A program made the translations under genes and the position numbers. A stretch of 35,685 nt of DNA from Catajapyx aquilonaris (lineage: Eukaryota): contig JYFJ02004025.1 in assembly GCA_000934665.2 (NCBI GenBank), positions 1-35,685 on the forward strand, written 5' to 3'. This document shows positions 20,814 to 32,109 of the stretch, piece by piece. Under the pieces are notes generated by a model. The model worked only from the letters and a program-made list of their open reading frames with translations. It did no database searches and was not told the origin of the DNA. The stretch's first letter is position 1; each line of letters begins with the position of its first letter.

Positions 20814-22370
20814 GAGTGATTTGATTACAAATCAACTATTTGCAGTCAGTCATTTAAATACAAATCAACGATTTGGAGTAGAATTATTTTATACGATTAT
20901 TAATTATTATCAGCGAATTATCAACGAATTATCAACGAATTGGAGTATAATTATTTTACGATTATTAATTACTTTACGTTATTGTACGAAATTCGAAGTG
21001 TCACCTTTTTTGGCCAAAAATATCAGATTTGTACAGTTCATTTCATGTCCTATGTAGCCTAACAATTTAATTACTTCTGTCAAGAAAAAATTGTTGCTCT
21101 ACACTCTATACATAAAAGGGACAATCAAACTACCAGTTTACATCAATTATGTTGAACGCCAGGGAAAAATTTTGCTATAAAAATCGTTAATACTATTTTT
21201 AAAGGCTGGCTTCCTCTCCCTTTTTATTTGTAAAAAATAGCTATAAAAAGCCTATTGGTTCTGTGACCAAAAGATGTCAGTCATTACAATGCTTTGATCT
21301 TGTCTCACAAAACATCGGAGTCAAATTACAATATGGGAGAGGGGAGGGGGCGTTTCTCTGTTGCGATTTTTTTTTGGCGCATCTCTTATATGCCTTCTGA
21401 CGTTCTTTTTTTTGAGGCCAAAAAAGCGGGTATCGATGATTATTTTTCCTTTGTAAGCTCGATACGCCCTGCTGTGATTGGCAGGCGGTTATTATCAAGT
21501 GATCGGTTTTTTCGTTGGCATCCACGACATCTACCTTCTTTTTTATACACAGGGTAGCCAACACGCCGCAACAAAAAAAAGTTTGCAAAAATTCTATATA
21601 AAATTATCAAACCATGACGAAAAATTGCTTTGTCGATTGTGACCTTAATGTCCATCCCATTGATTTTTGCAAGTTTTTTTTTGTTGCAAAGTTTGAAACA
21701 TGTTTTTTTTTTTGCAGAGATATCGGTAGGATGCGGCGCATTTCCTGAGCTCAAACTTTATAGCCGCAGATAATAAAAACAGTAAATAATTAACCCCCCA
21801 TGGTTTGCTTCAGATTATGAATCCAACCTCGCAAAAAAAATCGCACTAAAAAGGGGCACATAAGCAAGAATTGTTATTACACGAGCTCATTAAATGCTCC
21901 GGAGGGCTTGCCAATTATGGAAAAAACATTAAGCCGTAACGCACAGCCTATCTCTCTCGCACACTTAATGACATTACACGGAGGGGGTCTTAATGTAATC
22001 ATTTTTATGGAAGAATATGTCAACGTTTTTTTTTTCAACTGCAAAGTTTATCCAAACGTTGCTAGAGGCGATTAATATCTTTGCTAGATAACCACCAAAG
22101 TCCAGCCAAAATTTTGGGCGGTTCGATGATGAATTTGGTTTAATCGTAAATTAATTTTGGAGATCGCCAACTGACTCAAGAGTTTAGCTTTTGGGGTTGG
22201 ATATATAGGAAAATAGCTATAGCCTATAAGAAAATCGATCTGATCCTTTTACCCCTCCCCCAGCACCTTACTCCGGAACCTCCAAAGGCTCTCGTTTGCT
22301 ACACTTAAGATGACCACAGAGAATTGCTTTCCACGGGGGGTTTTTTTTACTAGGGAGGGAACTATGTGTA

Positions 22371-22505
22371 TACAGGGTGTTTCAATAATAATAGGACAAA
22401 GTTCTTATAGGGTGAAGGGCTAAGCGTCTTTTGAACTGAAAATGTGTAGAACAGTCATGCAATATAAATTGCGTTATGGAAAATATTCAATTTCATGTAG
22501 GAATT
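22371..22505 (+). mobile_element. Tc1/mariner-type left-end remnant
   Basis: TA|CAGGGTGTTTCAATAA terminus. The extent is uncertain and no right end was found. Confidence 0.45.
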
Positions 22506-22562
22506 ATTCACAATGGACATTTTCATATAGGCTAATCACGGGCGATTTTCTCCAAAATTTGC

Positions 22563-22830
22563 ATTCATACATTATATTTTACACATTTTCATACATGATT
22601 TTACACATTTTCCTATACATTATTTTACACGTTTTCATACATTATTTTACACATTTTTATACGTCATCTTTACATGATTTTACACAACATTTTCATACAT
22701 TATTTTACACATTTTCATACATTATTTTACACATTTTCATACATTATTTTTACATTATTTTACACATTTTCATACATTATTTTTACATTATTTTACACAT
22801 TTTCATACATTATTTTTACATTATTTTGTG
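22563..22830. repeat. ~22-bp AT-rich minisatellite (CATACATTATTTTACACATTTT) with variant longer units
   Basis: Directly visible tandem copies. Confidence 0.93.
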
Positions 22831-24496
22831 CATTTCTGTGTTTATTATTTCATGCACTATAATATTGCCTGGTGTAGATTATTTATATTATTTTGTATAT
22901 TATTAATACATTATTTCCTATATTCATTTTTTGTTCATATTGCACGCATTATTTAACATTTTCATGCATATCACAGTAATTACACATTACTTAAAGACAT
23001 GAAATGCTGAACTTTATACAGATGTCCAGATAGGAGTTTGATGGAATAGTAGGCAGCCTACAGCTGAAAACATTATTAGTTGACTGTAACTGTTATGTGA
23101 GATAACAGACCTACACGTCTGATATTATATTCACAAAATATTTACACTCAAAAAATTTTGGCTCTCATTTTGAGCAGATAGTTTTTGATAGTTTTACCCC
23201 CCCAAAAAATCTGGGTCCCCTCCAGCAAGTTATACGTATTTGTTGCGAGCCATAGAAACTCTTGCGAAGAGGAAAGAAGCAGTTACAGAGTGGAGAAAGG
23301 GGTAGGGGGGGAAAGTTTTGATATATTTTTTTTGTCCGGAACAAGTTTTCTTCCGCAATCGGAATTATTATAGTTATTTTGTGCCGCGGAAGAATCTATT
23401 TATAGAGACATCTTTGCAAGTAGTAGGACCCCCTTATACCTCCGGATTCTGGTAATTGAGTGAAAAGTTTAAGGTCCCGGAAGTAAAACCAACGGAGACT
23501 GTGGAAATATTCCGTGATGTTAATTCGAATCGGAAAAGTTGTGATAAACTGTAAATGATTTCGCCAACTTGGGATAACTACCCTGTGTGGATAGATCGAT
23601 TTTTTTCGAGCGTAAAAAAAATCTGCAGACTTTTTTTTTGCTGTCCGAGAACGAGTCTTTATTAAAAACCCCCAAAAAATTTTATAAAAAAAGATGTAAA
23701 TCAACCGGGGACAAAGAGTCGCCATTTTTATGTCTCCATTTTGCTCTCATGTAATTTTCGTTCCTACTATTTTTTTGCTTAGGATTTATTCCCCTTTTTG
23801 CGAAATATCTGGCCTTAGATTTACCAAGTTTCAAGTCCAATAGTCAGTTTCACAGAAGGGTCAAAAACTGGCAAAAGATAAGTTGATTATACAAAGATAT
23901 CTACAGAAAGGTTTGAAGATCTGCAGAGAGTTAGTTATCCAACTTTTTTTTATACACACTTTTTCTTCTTACTTTCTCTCCCCCCCCCCACTCCCCTCCT
24001 TCTTCTTCACCGTTATTGTCAGGACGTGTGAAAGCTACTTCAATTTTATTGCTCAGTGGATTCCTATAAATTCTTTCAGGGCGATAGAGCCAGAGCTGGA
24101 GGTTTTCTCCGGAATGAAAATTAGATCCTCCCCACTCCCGCCTTCCTCCACTTCCCTCCCTCGTCCTAAAGCCCTCCCCCCTTTTTCCCCGAGAGACGTT
24201 CACAAAGTTCTCCTTTTTCTTATTGCATCTGTTTCCCGATTCCAGAAACGCATGGCAATGTTTATTACATAAGGCAAATTGTGGGAGGAAGGGGGGGGGG
24301 GGGTAGTCTTGAAAGTTTTCAGGGTTTTGGTCTGCTGGATGCAGTTGGAAGGATTATTGTAGTTAAGCAGGGAAAGAATAGGAAGATTGGTTCTTAATTA
24401 ATTTTTTGTGGGAAATTATTAGACCACAGATATGGTCTATGACACTTCCATCGCCTGACTCCTACAATTGAGCACGCATTTTAAAGTAAAACTATA

Positions 24497-24703
24497 CAGG
24501 GTGGTCCAAGTTCAAGTGTCGTTTTATAACGGCGATTAATAGCAGTGATTTTGCGATGACGTAGCAGCGACGTGTAAAATGTCCCACTTCGGCGCATCTT
24601 CGGCGCAATCGAAGTGGGCAATTTTACACGTCGCTGCTACGTCATCGTTAAGCGCTTCCATTAATAGCCGTTATAAAAAGACACTTGAACTTGGACCACC
24701 CTG
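24497..24703. mobile_element. Complete Tc1/mariner-type MITE (207 bp) with TA TSD
   Basis: TA|CAGGGTGGTCCAAGTTCAAGTGTC...GACACTTGAACTTGGACCACCCTG|TA. The inner arms CGATGACGTAGCAGCGACGTGTAAAAT / ATTTTACACGTCGCTGCTACGTCATCG also pair. Confidence 0.95.
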
Positions 24704-24828
24704 TATATGTCGATCCTCTCAGTTTTGTTTAATAATTTCTGGTCAGTAAGCTGCTTGTTTGTATACAGTTATTTTTAGTGGGTAGCTCACAAATGTTAGT
24801 TTGCTTCATATGTAACCATTAAGTGCTT

Positions 24829-25414
24829 AAAAATAAAGCAGGTTAGTGGCAAAAAACTATGAACTGAAACTGACTACCCAATAATTGCATTTTATTTGTT
24901 CAAGGTACCACTACTAATTTTTTTGGCACGTTTTAGGGAATTATTTTTAGCAATATCAAACATGTTAGCTCATACTTTTGGCAATCACTAACTGCAGCTT
25001 AGTGCCAAAAAAATTATGAACTGGAATGGACTAGTTTTGGACCAAAATTGGCCTAAAATTGCATTTTATTTGTTCATGGTACAACTATTCATTTTTTGGC
25101 ACTTGTTAAGCAATTATTTTAGCAGTTATCAAACATGTTAGCTAATACTTTTGGCAATTGCAAACTGCGTAAAAATAAAGCAGATTAGTGCCAAAAAATT
25201 ATGAACTGAAATTTGGACCAAAATTGGCCGAAAATTGCATTTTATTTGTTCAAGGTACCACTATTCATTTTTTGGCACTTGTTAAGCAATTGTTTTTAGC
25301 AGTTATCAAACATGTTAGCCAATACTTTTGGCAATTGCAAACTGCGTAAAAATAAAGCAGATTAGTGCCAAAAAAATTATGAACTGGAATGGACTAGTTT
25401 TGGACCAATATTGG
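24829..25414. repeat. ~175-180-bp tandem repeat x ~3.3
   Basis: AAACATGTTAGC recurs at 24958, 25131 and 25308. Blocks AATTGCATTTTATTTGTTCA and TTAGTGCCAAAAAA..TATGAACTG are shared between units. Confidence 0.93.
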
Positions 25415-25426
25415 ACGAGAATAGGG

Positions 25427-25545
25427 AAGGCGAAGTGGCGCTGCGGTAACCTATGCGCCCACGGATGGAAGGGTCCCGGGTTCGATACCAAGCCCAGGCA
25501 TTCCCCCCCTTTTCATCTCGTGCGGAGTTTGTTCAATGATTACTT
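25427..25545 (+). mobile_element. tRNA-derived SINE head (or decayed tRNA pseudogene)
   Basis: A-box-like TGGCGCTGCGG at 25436 and B-box GGTTCGATACC at 25479-25489 at tRNA-like spacing. There is no intact acceptor stem. Confidence 0.6.
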
Positions 25546-26604
25546 TTTAGTAGCCTAGCCACTATTAATTTATTGGCAATTAGCTGCTCCTTTTTAAGCA
25601 GTTATTTTTAGTGGTTCACTCTAATTTGCCAATAATAATTGAAGTCAAGGTTGTTCCAAACCATATGTCCTGCTCTCATGGGAATTTCGCACATGGTTGA
25701 ATTGCACCCTTTTATTACACCGTAATTCACCAAATTTTTTTTGCAAATATTTCTGCAATTGCTCCCCCAAAAAACGAGACCATCTTGACTATCTTCACCC
25801 TTGTAATTGATTGGTTTTCGATTTGGAGCTAGGGGAAAGGGGGGGGGGGGGACCATTTGGGAGATATTTGCGAATTGCGTTTGGAGGCGTAATTGAGCGT
25901 TGCGATGGGGTAGAGGGTATGGGGTAGGGGGTAGGGAGGGGAGGGCTGTGGAATTGGTTGGCTGGGTTAATGCGGGTTTTAGCATGCCGAGTGGCGCCCC
26001 CCACTTTGGCGCAAAATACAGAAAGCGACAGGCGTATCGCCTAAACATGACGTGGATAACAAACCGCTGTTGAGGAGAATATGCCCTGGTGTGATAATGG
26101 AGGCTTGGATCATGGGGGAGGGGGGGGGGGCAAACTAAGCCGACTCAAATCGGGGGGGGGGAGAGTAGGGGGGGGTTTAATTAAAAATAAATAAACCTCG
26201 CTGCAAAGATGCCAAGGAGGTTTTTCTTTAAGGGGGGAAAAAAATCATGAGCCTAACTGCTTCAAGACTTGGTTATTAAGTAGGTTGCAAACTCGAGGTG
26301 AATTTATGGCCGTTAAACTAGCAGGTAGCAGGTATAGGCACCAAAATTTCAATTACATTGCAGAATTTAAATTTTTGCAATAATTTCATTGTTGCAACAT
26401 TTAATTATTTGCGATGACCCAATTTTGTTCAAAATCCGAATCTTCATGTTATGCAAAAAAAAATCAAATTTCAACAGTTTTAATTTTATACACAAATTTT
26501 TGCGAAGTTACAAATATATTCAGAATTTAAATTAATAATTCATTTAGGGGGGATATTATATTTTTTTGACTGGAACTCTTCGTTTCGTTTTTACTGCGCT
26601 TTTT

Positions 26605-26798
26605 GGGATAGGATAGGAAAGGAAGGAGGCGGCTGTGGCCTATTAGTTTATGAAACAACTCCGGAATTCTCCTGGAGGAACCGTGGGAAACCACAAAAAA
26701 CCACGGTTAGAGTTGCCGGCACCGGGATTCGAACCCAGGAGCAGGACCTCCCGATTAGCAGTCGGATACCATATCCCCTCCGCCACCACTGCTTCGGT
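26605..26798 (-). mobile_element. tRNA-derived SINE
   Basis: Minus-strand A-box-like TGGCGGAGGGG (26785-26775) and B-box GGGTTCGAATCCC (26736-26724). The body GTGGTTTCCCACGGTTCCTCCAGGAGAATTCCGG...TAGGCCACAGCCGCCTCCTTCC resembles widespread arthropod SINE bodies (from recall). TCAGAATTTAAATT at 26520 and 26799 may be a TSD. Confidence 0.8.
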
Positions 26799-29017
26799 TC
26801 AGAATTTAAATTGCCATTTCGTTTTTGTGCTAAATTGTAGTAATATTGGGTATAATCTCAATTTCTAATTTAAATGTGATTTGGGGAGGGGAGGGGGGAA
26901 GACCCACTTTTTGTTCAAAATTGGAATCGTCATAATTAGGCTACACGTTAGGCAAAAATTTCACATTTCGAAACTATCAATTAAGTATAACCTTCAGTTT
27001 TCAATTTTTGCGAAGATTCAATTATGTTCATAATTTAAATTGCAATTTTTTTGCGAAATTGTAATATTGCGCAGAATCTCAATTTTTCTATATTTAATTT
27101 GTGCGAACATTCAAGATTTTGTAGAAATTTATATTTTCGCAAACTACCTGCTATTTTATTTTTTGCACCCTTTCAATATATATTGCTCGTTTGGTACTCC
27201 TGCTAGCAACTAAAATTTGGCAAAATTATTTGGGAGACATTCAGGTATGAAAGAAAATGTTTGCAAAATAATAATGCAGTTATTTTTTGTACCCATTTCA
27301 TACCCAATTTTAGCAGGGTGTCTGAAATGTTAGGGGTATCATAATCATAAACAATGTCGAGAATATCCATTATTAAAAGCAGTAGATCTCTCTGTGAAAC
27401 TAATTTGCGAAATTTGTAACTTGCTACTTTAAGAGAATTTTAATTTTCTCATTTCCCGTCTGACAATATAGTGAATTTGCGAATATTTGAAAGGTGCCAT
27501 ATGCATCATCAATTTTCTGATTTCCTGTCTGAAAATATCACATTTGCGAATTTTGATAATTTGCAATTTGCCAGTAAATGATAATTTTCCAATTTTATGC
27601 CTTTAAAATGTGCAAACTTTTAAGGTAGCCAATTTCAGTGAAATCTGAATTTTGCGAATAATTTCAAATTGCGCCAAATTTCGAAGATTAGACTATACCC
27701 CCTCATATCGTGACCCATACCTACCCTTTAACCCTTCCTGCCCACCCCCCCTCATCCTTTCGCCAAAAAAAGGCAAAACGGAATGCGTTTGACAGTGAGC
27801 AATCTTTGTGCTGCGAGAGGAGGAACGTTTTATTGGTAAAATAATTTTTCATCCACTCCCAAGGCCATCATTCTTCATTTTTGCAAGAGGCATAACAATC
27901 CATGGCGATCAGTTCGCGGTTTTTTTTGCGGTAGGAAGAAAATTGGATGAAAGCGATTTGTGCCTGCCAAGAAAGATGATGACCATACCTCTCCCTTCCT
28001 CCTATTTTTTTTGCACATCTTCCACCAATATTGTAATGGCTCGTATCACGCCATTTTTTGGCCAAATCTTTGGAAAATCTAAGACTTCGCAGAATCAGCG
28101 CGAAAATTATTCTCCTCCGTTCCCTATGAAGACAACTAATTAGGCTTGTTTTCTCATCAGTCTCTTGTGTGTACTTTTGCGTAAATTTGCTCAAGTTTTT
28201 GGGGGTTTGCAAAAACTGAGGATTTGGGAGAAGAAGTAAAAAAAAAAAGGATGATGTCGCCTCATTAGAAGCTTGGGGTGCAAACAATCCCTCCGTGCGT
28301 GAGGAGACATGCGTAATTAGCAGATTGTCTTACCTTGGAAGGAGGTAATTAGTAAGAACTTAGATTCGCTGAAAATGTTGGCGAATTTCTTATCCGTTTT
28401 TGGCGAAATTTTAGCGTGTCCCTCCTCAATTTATTTTGGCTTATGCAGTTTTTGTCAAGTCCACAAGTGATGAGGTATTTATAATTTGTAATTATTCTGC
28501 CCACAATTGAAGCAAGTTTTCACTTCGCAATGTATCATTTTTTTGCAAACATATTATTTTTGTATGGCAATTTTAAAAAAATATATAAGCGAGGTCGCAC
28601 AATTTTGCGCCAGAATAAGTTTTGCACGGTTCAGAACATGACCTAATTTTATCGAACTGTAGTTCAACAGTGTACTTCAACAGGGTATTGTTACAAGCTT
28701 CCGGCAATTGCGCATAAATTACACCCCTTTTTGTCTAACATATTATACACTTGATAACTTTGCAAAACACCTTGCAGCAATAGACCACAGTCCAAAATGT
28801 TGTTTTAATGCACGAGTTGGACAACTGACCTACATTTTTGCTACAGTAACATTTTAATATATTCACACGTCCATTTATACAGTACTTGCTCTGTTGATAA
28901 CACCACGGTTAATTAACATTTGGCCAGAACATCACAAAATTAAACGTTGCCAAAAATTAAGTAACTGAAACGGACACTCATTAGGGTGAACCATTGCCAA
29001 AACTAGGCAACACTGCC

Positions 29018-29072
29018 TCCACAGTACCGAATCTCTCACGTAGATGGCGCACCGCGGACAAACAGAGGCACA
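29018..29072 (+). repeat. Internally deleted copy of a ~105-bp dispersed element
   Basis: Shares CAGTACC..., TAGATGGCGCAC and GGACAAACAGAGGCACA with 30562-30672 and the reverse complement of 32005-32106. Confidence 0.75.
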
Positions 29073-29586
29073 TATTATATTATATTAATTTTCATGGGCA
29101 TGTCAATCCAGTAATATCCTGATCGTCAAGTGCAGCTTCCGTCATGCACTTTTCGTCAGTCCTTTATTAGGAAAACAATATTGATACTATCGGATTATCT
29201 CTACTCGGTTGCCTATAGGAAGCAGGGTATCGGCAAAATTTTCCACCGGCATTTAACCGACAGTAAACGTCAATGCCTGTGGAACATCCCACCCTAATTA
29301 TTCACTACCTTTGATACGACCCCTCTCTTTTTTGTGTGTACTACGTGTGTGTGTGTGTCGTTGTTGCCCTGCGGACACTGAAATTGCCGGATGAGAGCTA
29401 CACACAGACTATAAAACCCTTCCACCCTGCGACACGCAAGGTACTATCGTCTCCACACAGGACTATAACCGGATTGAAAATACTCTATTATAGCTGGACT
29501 TTATCCGTGCAGTGAGCCAGTGACTCATCACCAACGTGCATGTAGTAGGCCTACTACTTTCTCCCTGAGATTGGCAGGAATGTGCA

Positions 29587-29662
29587 GAGCCTATGCTCCA
29601 AGTGGTAGTGGCATATCGTACGACGTAGTACGATAGGCCACTACTACTTGACGCATAGGCTC
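29587..29662 (+). other. 76-nt hairpin (35-bp stem, 6-nt loop)
   Basis: Manual pairing gives 31 Watson-Crick pairs, 1 G-U pair (on +) and 3 mismatches, with loop GACGTA. Confidence 0.9.
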
Positions 29663-29768
29663 CACGTGTGGGATTGGCTCCACGTGGGGGATTGGTTCCA
29701 CGTGTGGGATTGTCTCCACGTGTGGGATTGGTTCCACGTGGGGGATTGGCTCCACGTGGGGGATGGGC
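29658..29768. repeat. 18-bp minisatellite (GGCTCCACGTG(T/G)GGGATT) x 6
   Basis: TCCACGTG recurs at 29661, 29679, 29697, 29715, 29733 and 29751. Confidence 0.97.
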
Positions 29769-30561
29769 CAAACAGTGTTAGCAAAATTTGGCAGCGGGTT
29801 TGAATATGAAAGATTTATAGTTCATTTAAAGTGTTTTAAACGTGTTATTAGAGCCGCTGTAAATTTACCTGTTTAATAATATAAAAACAGTCCGAAAATT
29901 TTAATGAATTCTTGTCACGCCCACAAGTTTGGACACATTTCCGTACAAATTGAATGGTCCGTCGATGTCACGGGTAATTACATCTGCAGTGGGTTCTAAC
30001 AAAAGAACCCGGGGTTTTGGGTTCTTTTCTCTCTCTTTTTTGTGTGTTTCTACTATAGAGAACAAGGGGGGAAGTGTCTAAATAGGGAAGCTGCAGGCAT
30101 AAAGAGAGAGAAACGAGCCTTGGGAGTAGAGTCTAACTAACCGATAGTAGATTGGTGTCTGATTAAGTCGGTCATTGGGCCTTCTGCTCACGTACCAACT
30201 GGAAATAAGGGAATCTGCGGGAAGGATATCGGGTCTGGGGGATGGTTTTCTCTACACACACACAGACCCCCCCGGAAACTATGGCGATAGGTGTTTCCCA
30301 CAGAAGTCTACCAACCACCATTTTTTTTACAAAAAGATAGAAAAAAAGGTGCGAGGGGCTCCAGTTTAATTAAACGTCCCTTCTTCTCCCGGCGGAGACA
30401 TATTTCTTTTTATTAAAATCGAATAAAAAGGCGGAAGTTTTGGGGGTCCGACTTCTTGGGGAAATGTCACACTGTTTCCTGCAGGAATATGTATAGAAAA
30501 AGCAGGAATTTTGGGAAGGGAGGAACCACTTGAGGCAAAGATTCAATATGCGAGACCAAAA

Positions 30562-30672
30562 CTGTCCATGCAGTACCACATCCATCGCATATATGACGCA
30601 TCTGCCACTCTCAGGGTCATTAGAGGGGTACTACCTAGCTGATGACTCACCTGGGACAAACAGAGGCACAGA
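30562..30672 (+). repeat. ~105-bp dispersed element, diverged copy
   Basis: CTGTCCATGCAGTACCACATCCATCGCATATATGACGCA...CACTCTCAG...GGACAAACAGAGGCACAGA aligns with the reverse complement of 32005-32106. Confidence 0.8.
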
Positions 30673-30781
30673 CTAGGACCATTTTATGATTTGTTTTAAG
30701 TATAATTTTGTTACTTTATGTTACTCATTTTAAATTGCTAATGGCATTATTTTGTTGCCTTTTTATATTTGACACTGAAAG

Positions 30782-31268
30782 CAACGAGCATATACTACAT
30801 AAGAGGCGCAAACATCCGATTCGCGCGTCTTTCTGTTTGGGTCGTTGCATTTTGAAACGGGGGCAACGCCAACGATGTATAAATAGGGTACAGGCAGGCC
30901 GTAAAGGTCCGCCATCTTTGATGGTTTTGGAGGCCATGGCACTTCACGGCAAGAACACGCGCGAATTTGAATATTTTTGCAGTACTTACGGAATTAATAC
31001 GTAACTTAGAAAAGTGCAAGGAACTCATACGGCCTTGCATACGGCAAAAATATTCAAATTCGCGCGTGTCCTTTCCGTGACGTCCCATGGCCGTCAAAAT
31101 CATCAAAGATGGCGGACCTTTACGGCCCGCCTGTACCCTATTTATACCTCGTTGGCGTTGCCCCCGTTTCAAAATGGCCGCCAGCCTTGGCAACGGCCCC
31201 AAACAGAGAGACGCGGACATCAAAGGCGCCTACCAAAGTTTGCGCCTCTTATGTATATATGCTCATTG
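30782..31268. mobile_element. Foldback/MITE element, copy 2 (487 bp), 7-bp TSD, same family as 13918-14284
   Basis: Ends are CAACGAGCATATA...TATATGCTCATTG with inverted arms of ~200-225 bp around a ~60-bp core. The exact flanking duplication CTGAAAG is at 30775-30781 and 31269-31275. Confidence 0.93.
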
Positions 31269-32004
31269 CTGAAAGTAAGAAAAAAATTGGCACTTCCTAT
31301 ACCTGTGCGGTGGCGTCTCGAACCACTTAAAAATTGCTTCTCCCCAGGCGTTGCCAAACTTCTTCCCAGAATCGTTGCGAAAACGGACTCGCTGGAAATG
31401 TGGCGAAATATCCGTTTGGACCCCGTCGTTTTAATGGTCCTCTGGCTTTGCAATTTGCTACCATGAGAACCCAGGAATTATAATAGCAGAAGGAATGTGG
31501 TCCAAAACCACCAGGAATATTGTTGCGGCCAAACTGGACTGTTCAGGCCTCGGTGAGAAAACCTCTTAGGCAAAAATTTGTTAAGTTTATGGCTACCCCG
31601 CCCAGGATGACTAACTAATGTGGAAACCACGCCCCCCCAATAGGGTGTTATTAAATCGTGGCCTAATTCTGACTCGTTTTTGTGGGGGGCGACAGGACAG
31701 TTAAATGCTCGTTAATCGGCATGTTAACTTTAACCCCGCGGGTGGTTAAAAGGCCTCTCGGTTTTGGTATGCAGTAATTCAACGGGGGCCCCAGGAATTC
31801 AAATATAGCAACGGATTTGGGTTAATGACGAGTTGACTGAAAAATAACTGGGGGGCCAATAGTTAGGCTAACGTATAAGTGGGGTTGATTACTGCGGGTG
31901 TTAGAAATTTTTTAAAATCGAAATTAAATTATACAGCTTTTGCGGATTTTGTTTACTTCAGAAGCGGTTGCTGAAGCGAACAATCCATAAACATATGTAG
32001 AATT

Positions 32005-32109
32005 GGCTCTGTGCCTCTGTTTGTCCAGGATCAGATAGGTACTGTACGACTCTGAGAGTGACAGTAGTGCGCCATCTATGCGAGGGGTATGGTACTACGT
32101 GGACAGGCC
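32005..32109 (-). repeat. ~105-bp dispersed element, best-preserved copy (possible mini-MITE)
   Basis: The minus strand reads GGCCTGTCCACGTAGTACCATACCCCTCGCATAGATGGCGCACTACTGTCACTCTCAGAGTCGTACAGTACCTATCTGATCCTGGACAAACAGAGGCACAGAGCC. The short ends are imperfectly inverted (GGCCTGTCC / GGCTCTGTGCC). Confidence 0.8.

Noticed and set aside
22060..22130. Possible miR-9/miR-79 gene (shares GCTAGATAACC with miR-9-3p)
   Set aside because: There is no complementary 5p arm or precursor hairpin, and the seed region differs.
25427..25500. Possible functional tRNA gene
   Set aside because: A and B boxes are present, but no cloverleaf with a paired acceptor stem can be drawn. Treated as a SINE head.
30562..32109. 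Composite 1.5-kb transposon bounded by two inverted copies of the 105-bp element
   Set aside because: The two copies are substantially diverged and no TSD flanks the pair. Independent insertions are simpler.
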